Source: a virus
Lineage: Duplodnaviria > Caudoviricetes
IMG/VR virus record: IMGVR_UViG_3300030330_004274
Location: 1-64,000 of that record
DNA: 64,000 nucleotides
Strand: one strand, 5' to 3'
Within the stretch, counting starts at the first letter, position 1. Each line of letters begins with the position of its first letter. Made by a program: the position numbers and the translations under genes. The notes beneath the pieces were generated by a model. That model searched no databases. It saw only the letters and a program-made list of their open reading frames with translations, and was not told the DNA's origin. This document shows positions 9,251 through 19,906 of this stretch, one piece after another.

Positions 9251-11021
9251 AGTAGGATTAATTGGTTATGGAAATTGGGGTAAAATACTTCACAAAAAAC
9301 TTGAAGGGTTTTGTGATATAAAATTTACTTGTAGAAGCAAAGATACATATCTTGATAAATTGGATGATGTTGATTGGGTTGTTGTATCCACACCAAATGA
9401 TACTCATTATGAGATAGTCAGTAATTGTCTAAAAAATGGTAAGAATGTATTTTGTGAAAAACCACTAACTCCTACTTATGAAGAATCTGAAACACTTTTT
9501 GAAATTGCTGAAAGTAAAAACCTTAAATTATATGTAGATGATGTTCAGAATTGGAGAAAAGTTCATTGGGATTTGATGGAAGAGAATCTTATAGAGAGAA
9601 AAAAGAAAGATAATTTCAATCATTCATACTATAAAACAAAAGATTTACTTTATAGATTAGCATATCACGATATATATTATTTATATCCACATATTAAAAA
9701 TTCAGAGATTGAGGATGTGATACCTATCGATGTAGATAACAAGTTACAATTTAAAGTTAAGTTTAATGACATCAGTATAGAATTTGGGTATGATACAAAT
9801 TATGAATATGAAAGAATGCATCACATAAATGGTGTAAGTTTGATGGGTAGAAGAAAAAATGATGGTGACCCACTACAAGATATGTTAAAAGAAGTATTGA
9901 CTGGTGGGGATGTGGATTTTGAATATAACAAAGAGATAACTTTATTTACAAATGGATTTATAGATATTTTAAATAAAGAATTATTTAAAAAAGTTGCAGT
10001 GGTTGGTGGTGGTATATTTGGTTGTACTACTGCATGGAAACTTGCAAAAGAAGGTTACGATGTAACTTTATATGAAAAAAACAACGATATATTTACTCAA
10101 GCATCTAATATCAATCAATACAGATTACATAGAGGTTATCATTATCCAAGAAGTAAAGAAACAGCAATCCAATCTCAATGGGGTGAAACAAGTTTTCTGA
10201 AAGAATATAGTGATGCAGTTGTAAATGGAGATGTTGAACATTATTATTGTATTGCATCATTTGGTAGTTTAGTTACTGCAGAACAATACAAAGAGTTTTT
10301 AGATGATATGAATTTACACTATGAAGAAAAAAAGGTTGACTTTATAAAAGAAAATGTCGTAGATTTAGTAGTACAAGTTAAAGAGTTTTTATTTGACCCA
10401 AATAAATTAAAAGATATTTGTTGGGATAAATTATACGATAACAATGTGGATGTGGTAACTAATAAAGAATTTTTAAATTCTGATGATTATGATTATGTGG
10501 TTAATTCTACTTATGCAAATTTAAATCGATTGTTACCCGAAGATAAACAAAAGGATTATCAATTTGAGTTGTGTGAAAAACCAGTTGTTCAATTACCAGA
10601 ACAATATAAAAATAAAAGTGTTGTTATAATGGATGGGCCGTTTATGTGTATAGACCCATTGGGTGATACAGGTTTGCATGTGATGGGAAATGTGGTTCAT
10701 GCTATTCATTCTACCAATGTTGGTAAGTTTCCTCAATATGATGAAAAGTTTGATGATTTGTTAAATAACGGTATTGTTAAAAATCCATCAATAACTAACA
10801 TAGATAAGTTTCTTGATACTGCTAGAAAGTTTTTTAAGGATATGGATGAGATAGAACACATCGGTTCAATGTTTACATTTAGAACTGTATTACCAAACAG
10901 AGATAAAGATGATGCAAGACCTACTTTAGTTGAAAAACCTACAGATAATATTTTTAATTTATTTTCTGGTAAAATAGGAACTTGTGTAAATGCAGCAGAA
11001 GAATTATTGGAGTATATATAA
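9243..11021 (+). CDS. Gfo/Idh/MocA oxidoreductase fused to an FAD-dependent (DAO-like) oxidoreductase
   Basis: GYGNWG and FCEKP; second Rossmann VGGGIFG, RLHRGYHYPRS, SGKI; start moved to ATG 9243. Confidence 0.75.
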   Translation: MVKVGLIGYGNWGKILHKKLEGFCDIKFTCRSKDTYLDKLDDVDWVVVSTPNDTHYEIVSNCLKNGKNVFCEKPLTPTYEESETLFEIAESKNLKLYVDDVQNWRKVHWDLMEENLIERKKKDNFNHSYYKTKDLLYRLAYHDIYYLYPHIKNSEIEDVIPIDVDNKLQFKVKFNDISIEFGYDTNYEYERMHHINGVSLMGRRKNDGDPLQDMLKEVLTGGDVDFEYNKEITLFTNGFIDILNKELFKKVAVVGGGIFGCTTAWKLAKEGYDVTLYEKNNDIFTQASNINQYRLHRGYHYPRSKETAIQSQWGETSFLKEYSDAVVNGDVEHYYCIASFGSLVTAEQYKEFLDDMNLHYEEKKVDFIKENVVDLVVQVKEFLFDPNKLKDICWDKLYDNNVDVVTNKEFLNSDDYDYVVNSTYANLNRLLPEDKQKDYQFELCEKPVVQLPEQYKNKSVVIMDGPFMCIDPLGDTGLHVMGNVVHAIHSTNVGKFPQYDEKFDDLLNNGIVKNPSITNIDKFLDTARKFFKDMDEIEHIGSMFTFRTVLPNRDKDDARPTLVEKPTDNIFNLFSGKIGTCVNAAEELLEYI

Positions 11022-11282
11022 ATGAAAAAATTTAAAGCAGTTAAAGGTAGAAAACATCCTAAAGATAACCTATTACTTTATTATGGTAATCCAGTTGAGT
11101 TTAAAGATGTGGCTAAAATGTGTGTATTCTTTATGGAGAATGAAGATAATATATATCCACCAGAGGAAGGATTTGAGGGTGCAGAAAAATTTATAAAATA
11201 TATTAAAGAAACTTTAAACACAAGAAAACTTCCAAATGATAAAGATTATCAGTTAGGAAAGGAGTTAGTTATAAATGATTAA
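11022..11282 (+). CDS. hypothetical protein
   Basis: Tightly packed ORF in the operon. Confidence 0.55.
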   Translation: MKKFKAVKGRKHPKDNLLLYYGNPVEFKDVAKMCVFFMENEDNIYPPEEGFEGAEKFIKYIKETLNTRKLPNDKDYQLGKELVIND

Positions 11283-12270
11283 ATTAAATAAGAAATATGT
11301 AATTGGAACGCATGTGATGTGGTTTGAAATTGAAATGTATAAAGATTTCATTGATGGAATGGTTAATCTATTAGAAACTGTAGATAATAAAGAAAATGTA
11401 ACAATTGATTTATGTTTAAACTTATCTGAACATTTAGAAAAAATAGATAAGAGTCAAATAGATGAAAAACAAATAGAAAATAAATTTAAAGTTGGTGTTA
11501 AAAGAATACAAAAAATGGGATTCAAAGTTGTTCCAAGAGTACACAAAACAGATGATGGTTTTTATTATCATACAGATTATAGAAGAGATTTGAATTACAA
11601 TTACTGTAAAAGAGTTGATTATGTGATGTGGGGTGAAACAGATAGTTTCTTTCCAAAAGAAGCATTTGAAGCACTTGAAACATTATCTAAATATACAGAT
11701 GAACAAAACATACATAGATATATAATGTGTTTTGCAGATAGAAAAATGTGGGATGCAAGTTGGGATGCAACTGTACATATCGATTATGAGAATTTACCTT
11801 TTGATAATGATGATATTTTGAATCCAAACTATGCAAAATCAATGATGTCAATTTCAAAAATGAATGCAATAAATTCAAAAATAGAACAATTTGATTTCAG
11901 ACATATAAACTATCCGAAATTAGATGGTTCGTGTTTAGTTATATCTTCAGATTTAATTAAGTATGGAGTAAATATACCGTCTTGCATGGTGTATAACGAT
12001 GATGAAGGTTTATCAATAATGTCACAAAAATTATTAGGGCAAAACTATCTACAATTTATTTGTAAGAATTTATTGAAAGTACATGCAAGAAGACATTCAA
12101 GAAAAAGATTGTATGTGTTAGATGAGGATAATCCAAATGCATTTGCAAATCAAAAAAATGATAATTTTAAAAAGTATTTACAATTATCAAAAGAAAATAT
12201 ACAAAGTTTAATAAATGGAACTAACAAGTTTTATGAATATACTGATTTTGAAGAATGGGAGATAAAATGA
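11275..12270 (+). CDS. putative GT-A glycosyltransferase-like protein
   Basis: YVMWGETD (DxD-like) motif and gene context. Confidence 0.45.
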   Translation: MIKLNKKYVIGTHVMWFEIEMYKDFIDGMVNLLETVDNKENVTIDLCLNLSEHLEKIDKSQIDEKQIENKFKVGVKRIQKMGFKVVPRVHKTDDGFYYHTDYRRDLNYNYCKRVDYVMWGETDSFFPKEAFEALETLSKYTDEQNIHRYIMCFADRKMWDASWDATVHIDYENLPFDNDDILNPNYAKSMMSISKMNAINSKIEQFDFRHINYPKLDGSCLVISSDLIKYGVNIPSCMVYNDDEGLSIMSQKLLGQNYLQFICKNLLKVHARRHSRKRLYVLDEDNPNAFANQKNDNFKKYLQLSKENIQSLINGTNKFYEYTDFEEWEIK

Positions 12271-13235
12271 GAGCATTAATAACAGGTATAAATGGGATGG
12301 ATGGGAGTCATTTAGCCGATTTATTATTAGAAAAAGGGTATGAGGTTTATGGAATGGAACGAAGAACCTCATCACCGAATAGAACTAATACTTCACATCT
12401 TGAGGGTAAGATAACATTTGTGAATGGTGATTTAACAGACCAAAATTCTTTGGTGAGATGTTTAAAAGAATCAAATCCAAATGAGGTTTATAATTTAGGA
12501 GCAATGTCATTTGTTGGTGAGAGTTGGAACACACCAGAACAAACAGGTGATGTAAATGGTTTAGGTGTGTTAAGAATGTTAGAAGCAATAAGAGAGTATG
12601 GAAAAGAAGTTAAGTTTTACCAGGCATCAACATCTGAAATGTTTGGTAGAATGGTAGAGAATCCAGCTACTGAAAATACACCATTTTATCCTCGTTCACC
12701 ATATGGAGTTGCAAAATTATATGGACATTGGATTACAAAAAACTACAGAGAATCTTATGATATGTTTGCTTGTAGTGGTATATTGTTTAATCACGAATCA
12801 GAACGAAGAGGTATTGAGTTTGTAACTCGTAAGATTTCTGATGGTGTTGCAAGAATACATTTAGGATTACAAGATAAAATAATGTTAGGTAATTTAGATT
12901 CATATCGTGATTGGGGATATGCACCTGATTATTGTGAAGCAATGTGGTTAATGTTACAACAAGATAAACCAGATGATTATGTTATCGCTACTGGTGAAAC
13001 ACATTCAATTAGAGATTTTATAGATGTGGCATTTCAAGAAATAGGTGTTCTTAATTGGGATAAACATATCGGGCAAGACCCAAGATTTATGAGACCTGCA
13101 GAAGTTGATGTACTTCGTGGTGATTCAACAAAAGCACAAACTGAATTAGGTTGGAAACCAAAAACATCATTTAGAGAATTGGTTGAAAAAATGGTTAATA
13201 ACGATATAAGTTTAATTGGAGAAAGAAATAAATGA
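12267..13235 (+). CDS. gmd: GDP-mannose 4,6-dehydratase
   Basis: ALITGINGMDGS, QASTSEMFG, PRSPYGVAK, GILFNHES, RDWGYA. Confidence 0.95.
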   Translation: MRALITGINGMDGSHLADLLLEKGYEVYGMERRTSSPNRTNTSHLEGKITFVNGDLTDQNSLVRCLKESNPNEVYNLGAMSFVGESWNTPEQTGDVNGLGVLRMLEAIREYGKEVKFYQASTSEMFGRMVENPATENTPFYPRSPYGVAKLYGHWITKNYRESYDMFACSGILFNHESERRGIEFVTRKISDGVARIHLGLQDKIMLGNLDSYRDWGYAPDYCEAMWLMLQQDKPDDYVIATGETHSIRDFIDVAFQEIGVLNWDKHIGQDPRFMRPAEVDVLRGDSTKAQTELGWKPKTSFRELVEKMVNNDISLIGERNK

Positions 13236-14239
13236 AAATATTAATTACAGGTGGAACTGGTTTTCAAGGTTCTAATTTATCAAAAAGTTTACTGAAAGAT
13301 GGTCACGAGGTAGTTATATTAAACCTACATTCAGAAAAAAATGAAACAAATATAAAAAGATTTGAACTACAAAATGCATATAAAATATGGGGTTCAATAA
13401 ATGATATGAGAACTATCAAAGATGCAATGGCAGGTGTTGATTTAGTTGTTCATACAGCTGCAAAAATTCATGTCGATGATTCCATAGAAAATCCAACAGA
13501 TTATTTTGAAACAAATGTTATGGGAACAAATAATGTTTTAGAAGCTGCAAGAAGATTTGATGTACCTGTTATACATGTCTCTACTTGTGAGGTGTATGGA
13601 TTTCAAGATGAAGATTTATTAGAAACATCACCACTAATGCCAAGGTCACCTTATGCCGCATCTAAAGCAGGTGCAGATAGAATGGCATATTCATACTATA
13701 CAACTTATGATATGAATATTTGTATTGTTAGACCATTTAATGTATTTGGGCCTGGACAAAAAGATGGTAAGTGTGGTGCTGTTATACCGATTTGGACAAC
13801 AAATCTTCTTGAAGGAAAAGACATTATGATATATGGTAAGGGAACTCAATCACGAGAATTTATTTACATCGATGATTTGGTATCTGCATATAGAATACTG
13901 ATAGATAAAATGTTATCAGGCAAAGAGTTAGCAGGAGAGGTTATAAACATAGGTACTGGTGTAGATGTTAAGGTCAATGAGTTAGCAGGACAAATGGTTA
14001 AAAAAATTCAAGGACCTTGGATAGAACCAAAAAATCACGATTTCTCTTATCCTAATGAAGATAGAGATAAGAAATTTGAACAAGGTGAAATAATATATGG
14101 TAATGCAAGACCTGGTGAGGTGAAAAGATTCATATCAAATTCAGATAAAATGAAATCATTTGGTTGGGAGCCTAAAGTTGATTTAGAAGAAGGTTTAGAA
14201 AAGTATATAAATTGGAGAAAATCTTTAAAATGGAATTAA
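13232..14239 (+). CDS. NDP-sugar 4,6-dehydratase/epimerase (extended SDR, RmlB-like)
   Basis: TGGTGFQG, HVDDS, STCEVYG, YAASK. Confidence 0.85.
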   Translation: MKILITGGTGFQGSNLSKSLLKDGHEVVILNLHSEKNETNIKRFELQNAYKIWGSINDMRTIKDAMAGVDLVVHTAAKIHVDDSIENPTDYFETNVMGTNNVLEAARRFDVPVIHVSTCEVYGFQDEDLLETSPLMPRSPYAASKAGADRMAYSYYTTYDMNICIVRPFNVFGPGQKDGKCGAVIPIWTTNLLEGKDIMIYGKGTQSREFIYIDDLVSAYRILIDKMLSGKELAGEVINIGTGVDVKVNELAGQMVKKIQGPWIEPKNHDFSYPNEDRDKKFEQGEIIYGNARPGEVKRFISNSDKMKSFGWEPKVDLEEGLEKYINWRKSLKWN

Positions 14240-15222
14240 AATTAGCATGGTTAAGTGAGGGTGGATATACAGGTAAAGTTCCAAGAGAACAAACTGCAAA
14301 TGCAGGTGTGTTATGGGCATGGATGTCTAATTTAGAAGTAGACCACTATCCAATATTAAACTTTGAACACGCACCAACTGATGGCTATGATTACTTGATA
14401 TTACAAGTTCCAAAAACACCACAAGTTAGAACTGCATTGTTTGAAAAAGATATTGTTAAACAAGCAAGAAGAATAGCCAAGAAGATATTATTCTTCCAAG
14501 AAGGGCCTGTTTGGGTATATCAAGATATGCCATTAGAACAACAATTCTGGCATTACAATACATTGGTTGATGTGGATTTGATATTCTGTGAAAATACAAC
14601 GGATATTCCATACTATAAAGGATTTGTTCCAGGCAAACCAGTAATTAACTTACCTGATTTAATTGTTGATGATACTTTGATTGGAATCGAAAATGTTGAA
14701 AAACAAGATAAGGCAATTATAGGTGGAAACTTTTGTAGATGGTATGGTGGGTTTGATTCTTATATCATTGCTCAAGAGTTTGGAGTTCCATTATATGTTC
14801 CAACGATGGGCAGAAAAGTTGACGGTGAAGAACAAATACCTGATTTAACTCATTTACCATTTATGCCTTGGAAAGATTGGATGTTTAAATTAGCTGAATT
14901 TAAATATGGTATTCATTTAATGCAAACTTATGCAGCAGGTTCTTTTATGATGAATTGTGGTTATCTTGGAATACCTTGTATTGGCTACAATCATACCGAT
15001 ACACAAAGAAATATATTTCCAGATTTATCAATAGACCAAGATGATTTACAGAGAGCAAGATTACTTGCAAACAAATTAGTAAATGATAAAGATTTTTATA
15101 AAGAATGTTCAGAAAAGGCAAAAATTAACTTTTATCAACATTCAAGTGAAAATGCTTTTAATAATTGGAAAGAAAACTTTTTTTCAAATATAGATAAATT
15201 TATAGGAGAGTGGAGTGAATAA
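14230..15222 (+). CDS. putative GT-B glycosyltransferase-like protein
   Basis: AAGSF..NCGYLGIPCIG GT-B-like C-terminal region; context. Confidence 0.5.
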   Translation: MELKLAWLSEGGYTGKVPREQTANAGVLWAWMSNLEVDHYPILNFEHAPTDGYDYLILQVPKTPQVRTALFEKDIVKQARRIAKKILFFQEGPVWVYQDMPLEQQFWHYNTLVDVDLIFCENTTDIPYYKGFVPGKPVINLPDLIVDDTLIGIENVEKQDKAIIGGNFCRWYGGFDSYIIAQEFGVPLYVPTMGRKVDGEEQIPDLTHLPFMPWKDWMFKLAEFKYGIHLMQTYAAGSFMMNCGYLGIPCIGYNHTDTQRNIFPDLSIDQDDLQRARLLANKLVNDKDFYKECSEKAKINFYQHSSENAFNNWKENFFSNIDKFIGEWSE

Positions 15223-15760
15223 AGAAGAATACAGAAAGTGGTTTCTTGGATTAGTTTGTTCTGATTTATATAAATTACCACTTAAAAACTATTGTGAAAT
15301 TGGTGAAAAAGATGAAAAACAATTAGAGTTATTTGAAAACGCATTAAATCCAAATATAGTGAAAAATGTACCTAATCTTTTTACACAATTAGAAAAATCT
15401 GTGGATGTGTATCATAGTGACCTATCACTTGATTCATTACCAAGTGAATTAGATATTTTATATATAGATACAAAAACACTTATTGATTCTAAACTATTAG
15501 GTAAAATTGAAAACATAATGCATGATTTATCTTTATTGTTTGTATTATCAACTTCGACCATCAATGAAATGGTCAAAATAACACAAGAGGGGGGTTCTAT
15601 ACAACCAATCAAAGTATTGAAAGTTCGTATTGATAATAAATGTTTTAATTTATTTGTATTGTCAAAGAATTTTGATGCAATAAATCAATCAGAATACAGA
15701 ATGGAAAATTTACTTGATTTTGAAAAAAATGAACGAGGAGTTATAAATGAAAACAATTAG
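15215..15760 (+). CDS. hypothetical protein
   Basis: GTG start with upstream AGGAG; overlaps its neighbours. Confidence 0.5.
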   Translation: MNKEEYRKWFLGLVCSDLYKLPLKNYCEIGEKDEKQLELFENALNPNIVKNVPNLFTQLEKSVDVYHSDLSLDSLPSELDILYIDTKTLIDSKLLGKIENIMHDLSLLFVLSTSTINEMVKITQEGGSIQPIKVLKVRIDNKCFNLFVLSKNFDAINQSEYRMENLLDFEKNERGVINENN

Positions 15761-16913
15761 TTTTATATCACCAAGTAGAAATAACTTAACATATTTAAAA
15801 TGGAGTTATAATTCTATCAGAAAGAATTTAGGTTATTATCACGAAATACTTTTAGCAGATGATTTCTCAAGTGATGGAACTTGGGAATGGTTACAAGAAA
15901 TACAAAAAACAGATAATAATGTAAAAATATTTAGAAACGAAGGACCTGAAAGAAAAGGTATTGTTTATTGGTATGATTATTTATGTGAACAAGCATCAAA
16001 TGATATTGTTATGTTTCTTCACGCAGATATGTATGTATTACCAGGTCTTGATGAAGAAATAAATAAACATATAAAACCAGGTGTGGTAGTTACTGCAACA
16101 AGAATAGAACCACCACTACATCCAGATGGACCAGAAAAGATATTAGCAGATTACGGAATTGAACCTGAGGAATTTAAAGAACACGATTTGTTAAGGGATT
16201 ATGAATCATTTAAAAAAGACACTACGACAGAGGGTATATTCGCACCTTGGGCTATATATAAAGATGATTATTGGAAAGTTGGAGGACACGATGAGTTGTT
16301 TGCTCCACAATCAAAAGAAGATTCAGATATATTCAATAGATTTCATTTATGTGGTTTTAAATTCATTCAAACTTGGGATGGATTTGTATATCATATGACA
16401 AGTAGAGGTTCAAGGTTTAATCCACATTCAGGTGGAGCACCAGGTAAGGATTCACCAGAGTGGTTACATACAACAACAAAAAATATGAGAAACTTTATTC
16501 GTAAGTGGGGAACTGTGGTTAGACACGATGCTCTTATGAAACCAATTGTTATCCCTAAATATGATTTTGGATTCGTGGTTAAAAATTGTAATGAAAATAT
16601 ATTACAATATTTAGAACCATTTTGTTCTAAAATATATGTTGATACACACGCTCAAGATTATATTGATAAAGAACAACCGAATACTTTGTATGATTTGAAT
16701 GATAGAATCTTCTCTATCGATGTTGATGTGCAGAATGATATAGAGGTTAGATTTGACGGTAGTAAATTAAATGATGTAAACTTTGGAATACTTCAACAAT
16801 TACCAGAAATTCTTGCAAATGATGAAGAACTTGGAAAAGGTAGTTTTGAATTAGATATATTTGAAATAACAATAAATAAAATAAAAACATATGAAGAGGA
16901 TTTAATAAAATGA
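15747..16913 (+). CDS. GT2-family glycosyltransferase
   Basis: ADDFSSDGT, HADM, GGHDE...EDSD. Confidence 0.85.
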   Translation: MKTISFISPSRNNLTYLKWSYNSIRKNLGYYHEILLADDFSSDGTWEWLQEIQKTDNNVKIFRNEGPERKGIVYWYDYLCEQASNDIVMFLHADMYVLPGLDEEINKHIKPGVVVTATRIEPPLHPDGPEKILADYGIEPEEFKEHDLLRDYESFKKDTTTEGIFAPWAIYKDDYWKVGGHDELFAPQSKEDSDIFNRFHLCGFKFIQTWDGFVYHMTSRGSRFNPHSGGAPGKDSPEWLHTTTKNMRNFIRKWGTVVRHDALMKPIVIPKYDFGFVVKNCNENILQYLEPFCSKIYVDTHAQDYIDKEQPNTLYDLNDRIFSIDVDVQNDIEVRFDGSKLNDVNFGILQQLPEILANDEELGKGSFELDIFEITINKIKTYEEDLIK

Positions 16914-17767
16914 GAGTATTAGTTACAGGTGGAGCAGGTTTTATAGGAACAAATTTAATTAAAAGATTGATTGAGGATGACCACTTTGTTATTTCTTTTG
17001 ATAACTATTCTACAGGTTGTAGAGATAATCATATAAACGGTGCATGTTATGGTGATGTAGATATTACAGAATCTTTTTCTAATTGGGTTGAAAAAGTTGA
17101 TGTGATATTTCATTTAGCAGCATTACCAAGAATAGGTCCATCATTCAAAAATCCACCAGAATCTATTGATGTTAATGTAAAGGGTACAGCAAATGTACTT
17201 GAATATGCTCGAAGAAATGAAATACCTGTCGTTTATGCTGGTTCAAGTTCATTTTGGGCAGGTGTTTATAAAAATCCATATGCATTTAGTAAATGGCAGG
17301 GTGAGGAACTATGTAAAATGTATGAAAAAATATATGGATTAAATGTGACAATATGTAGATTTTATAATGTGTATGGTGACCATATGGCAATGAGTGGAGA
17401 ATATAGAACTGTTTTACCTATATTTTTGGAACAATGTGATAAAGGACACCCATTAACAATTACAGGTGATGGAGAACAAAGAAGAGATTTTACGCATGTG
17501 GATGATATAGTTGATGCAATGATAAAAGTGGTTCAGTTAAATAAATGGGGTAGTATCTATGAATTAGGTAGAGGTGATAATTATTCCATAAATGAAATTG
17601 CTGATGTATTTTATCGTTGTGATGCGATACCTGGTGTAACTTATATAGAACCAATTCCAGGTGAGGCAAGACACACTTTATGTAAATCAGAACTTGCGAG
17701 AAAAAAACTTAAATGGAAGCCAAAGATTAATGTGGATGAATGGTTAGAGGAGAGATTATGCAAATAG
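16910..17767 (+). CDS. NAD-dependent NDP-sugar epimerase/dehydratase
   Basis: TGGAGFIG, YAFSK, RDFTHVDD. Confidence 0.85.
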   Translation: MRVLVTGGAGFIGTNLIKRLIEDDHFVISFDNYSTGCRDNHINGACYGDVDITESFSNWVEKVDVIFHLAALPRIGPSFKNPPESIDVNVKGTANVLEYARRNEIPVVYAGSSSFWAGVYKNPYAFSKWQGEELCKMYEKIYGLNVTICRFYNVYGDHMAMSGEYRTVLPIFLEQCDKGHPLTITGDGEQRRDFTHVDDIVDAMIKVVQLNKWGSIYELGRGDNYSINEIADVFYRCDAIPGVTYIEPIPGEARHTLCKSELARKKLKWKPKINVDEWLEERLCK

Positions 17768-18606
17768 GAATAATAGGACAAGGTTATGTAGGAACTGCAG
17801 TTAAAGAAGTATTCAATAAACACTATAATGTGGAAACATATGATTTAGATAAAGATAAGTGTAGTGTTGATTATTTGGAAGATTTAGTTGAATTGACAAA
17901 TATCATATTTGTTTGTGTTCCAACACCAATGAAAAAAGATGGTAGTTGTGATACGAGTATAGTTGAGGCTGTGGTAAAAGACATAAACGATATGGTTGTA
18001 AGTAGGAATGTATCAGATAGAATAGTTGCGATTAAATCCACAATACCACCTGGTACAACAAATAGATTAAATAAAGAATGTCATAACATTTCAGTAATAT
18101 TTAATCCAGAGTTTTTAACAGAAGCTAATTTCATAGATGATTTCAAGAATCAGAATAGAATCATAATTGGTGGTGAAAGACCATCAACAACAAAGTTAAG
18201 ACAAGTGTATTCTCTGGCGTTTCCTAATGCAAAAATAGTTAAGACAGGTTCTATCACAGCAGAGATGGTTAAATATTTTACAAATACATTCTTGGCTACA
18301 AAAGTATCATTTGCAAATGAGATGAAAATGTTATGTGATAAATTAAATATTGATTATGATAAAGTTGTAGAGTATTCCACATACGATGAAAGATTAGGTA
18401 AATCACATTGGGCAGTACCAGGTCCTGATGGGAAATTAGGTTTTGGTGGTAGTTGTTTTCCAAAAGATTTAAATGCAATAATTGATATATGTAAAAAATA
18501 TGATATACCAGCGGAAACTATATCTGGTGTTTGGGAAACTAATTTAAAAGTTCGACCAGAAGAAGATTGGAAAGAATTAAAAGGAAGGGCAGTGACAGAT
18601 GAATAA
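17758..18606 (+). CDS. ugd: UDP-glucose/GDP-mannose dehydrogenase family protein (short form lacking the C-terminal domain)
   Basis: GQGYVG, CVPTP, KSTIPPG, NPEFL, GFGGSCFPKD. Confidence 0.8.
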   Translation: MQIGIIGQGYVGTAVKEVFNKHYNVETYDLDKDKCSVDYLEDLVELTNIIFVCVPTPMKKDGSCDTSIVEAVVKDINDMVVSRNVSDRIVAIKSTIPPGTTNRLNKECHNISVIFNPEFLTEANFIDDFKNQNRIIIGGERPSTTKLRQVYSLAFPNAKIVKTGSITAEMVKYFTNTFLATKVSFANEMKMLCDKLNIDYDKVVEYSTYDERLGKSHWAVPGPDGKLGFGGSCFPKDLNAIIDICKKYDIPAETISGVWETNLKVRPEEDWKELKGRAVTDE

Positions 18607-18625
18607 TAATTTTTTAAAAAAGGCG

Positions 18626-18655
18626 TTGACTTATATGTGTAAAAAGCCTTATATT
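18626..18655 (+). promoter_or_regulatory. sigma70-type promoter TTGACT-N18-TATATT
   Basis: Same architecture with an upstream A-tract at 27881, 31186, 45067 and 48925. Confidence 0.7.
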
Positions 18656-18669
18656 GGAGGTATAGTATA

Positions 18670-18813
18670 ATGAGTAAAGTCAATTACACAAATTGGGATG
18701 AATCTGATTATCGTGAAGAAAGAAGAAAAGATAAAAGAAGAAAAAAGAAAAAGATGCGAAAATCCAATTTAAAGAAAAAAAGGAGAGATAAATATGAGAA
18801 ACAATTTAAATAG
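18670..18813 (+). CDS. small highly basic protein (47 aa, absent from the ORF track)
   Basis: GGAGG RBS; MSKVNYTNWDESDYREERRKDKRRKKKK. Confidence 0.55.
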   Translation: MSKVNYTNWDESDYREERRKDKRRKKKKMRKSNLKKKRRDKYEKQFK

Positions 18814-19234
18814 AATAAAACATTTATTTTTACTATTTATATATATGTTATTATGTGGGTGTAGTGATGGTAATAATCCATTAACACCTGATTTTGAGGT
18901 AAGTTTTTTGGATGTGTATTCAGAAGGTAATTTAGATGAAAATGGTTATTATCATTTAGAATATGATGGTTTGAGTTACGATAAAGTATTTTATCAAACA
19001 TCGCCACACGAAAGAGTTTTTTGGGGTAGTGTAAATGATTTTGATGTTGAATGGATGGGTGAAATATTTACAACACCGATAATAAATTTTTCAACATATG
19101 CAAACAATTTAGGTGAAGGACAACAAATGTTTTATATAGACCAAACTATGATTGGTGATACTTTACAGATAGTTGGTTATGTGGATACATTTATATGGGA
19201 TGAAATTTTGATAATTTTAGAAGATAATGAGTAA
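18794..19234 (+). CDS. putative lipoprotein
   Basis: Hydrophobic N-terminus with an LLCGC lipobox-like sequence. Confidence 0.5.
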   Translation: MRNNLNRIKHLFLLFIYMLLCGCSDGNNPLTPDFEVSFLDVYSEGNLDENGYYHLEYDGLSYDKVFYQTSPHERVFWGSVNDFDVEWMGEIFTTPIINFSTYANNLGEGQQMFYIDQTMIGDTLQIVGYVDTFIWDEILIILEDNE

Positions 19235-19436
19235 ATATAAAAATAAAGATGGAATTGAACTAAATTACACAGGTAATGATACTCATTCCAAATTAGTTAA
19301 AGAGGTTGTATCCGAGGCGTGTAGAATACTAAAATCACACAATCAGTTTGATAGTCAATCAAAATCTTGGGCAATCCACCAAACTATTATATTTTTAGAG
19401 AAAAACTTTAACATAGGAGAAAATGATGGCAGATAA
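19227..19436 (+). CDS. hypothetical protein
   Basis: Overlapping operon ORF. Confidence 0.5.
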   Translation: MSKYKNKDGIELNYTGNDTHSKLVKEVVSEACRILKSHNQFDSQSKSWAIHQTIIFLEKNFNIGENDGR

Positions 19437-19644
19437 ATTCGGTGCATATGTTCAAAGACTTATGACAACGGTTCTTGATAAAGAACAAGAACAATTTGTA
19501 AAAGATTTAGCTTGGAATGAGTTGAATAGAATAAATGTAGATATAGAAGAATTTCTTCGTAAACATTCAAAAGATGATGTCGAAGAAAGTACAGAAACAA
19601 TAAAAACTTTATTACAGGAGGAGACAGATGTCAAAGATAAGTAA
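19423..19644 (+). CDS. hypothetical protein
   Basis: AGGAG RBS. Confidence 0.55.
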   Translation: MMADKFGAYVQRLMTTVLDKEQEQFVKDLAWNELNRINVDIEEFLRKHSKDDVEESTETIKTLLQEETDVKDK

Positions 19645-19906
19645 AGATGGTTTGGAACAAATTCAAATTATAAAAAATGCTTTAGATTCAATGTTCGATA
19701 AATTGGATAAGACAGTTTTCGTTCCAAAGGGTAAATTACCAAAGAATGTAGATGGTTCATATAACAGGTTGAATATATTTCAATCAGTTAAAGATGAATT
19801 TGAAGCAATTGCTGGTATAGTGGAATCCACAAATACTTGGGATGAAATATCTGATACACCAAAAAGAACAAGAACTAAAAAAACAACCAATGTGGAGGAA
19901 GCATAA
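19628..19906 (+). CDS. hypothetical protein (paralogue of the next gene)
   Basis: GGAGG RBS; shares KNALDSMFDKL with 19906-20076. Confidence 0.65.
   Translation: MSKISKDGLEQIQIIKNALDSMFDKLDKTVFVPKGKLPKNVDGSYNRLNIFQSVKDEFEAIAGIVESTNTWDEISDTPKRTRTKKTTNVEEA

Noticed and set aside
1-18606. Bacterial LPS or capsule locus on a host chromosome
   Set aside because: No flippase, polymerase or export genes; interleaved with phage-type ORFs and continuous with baseplate genes
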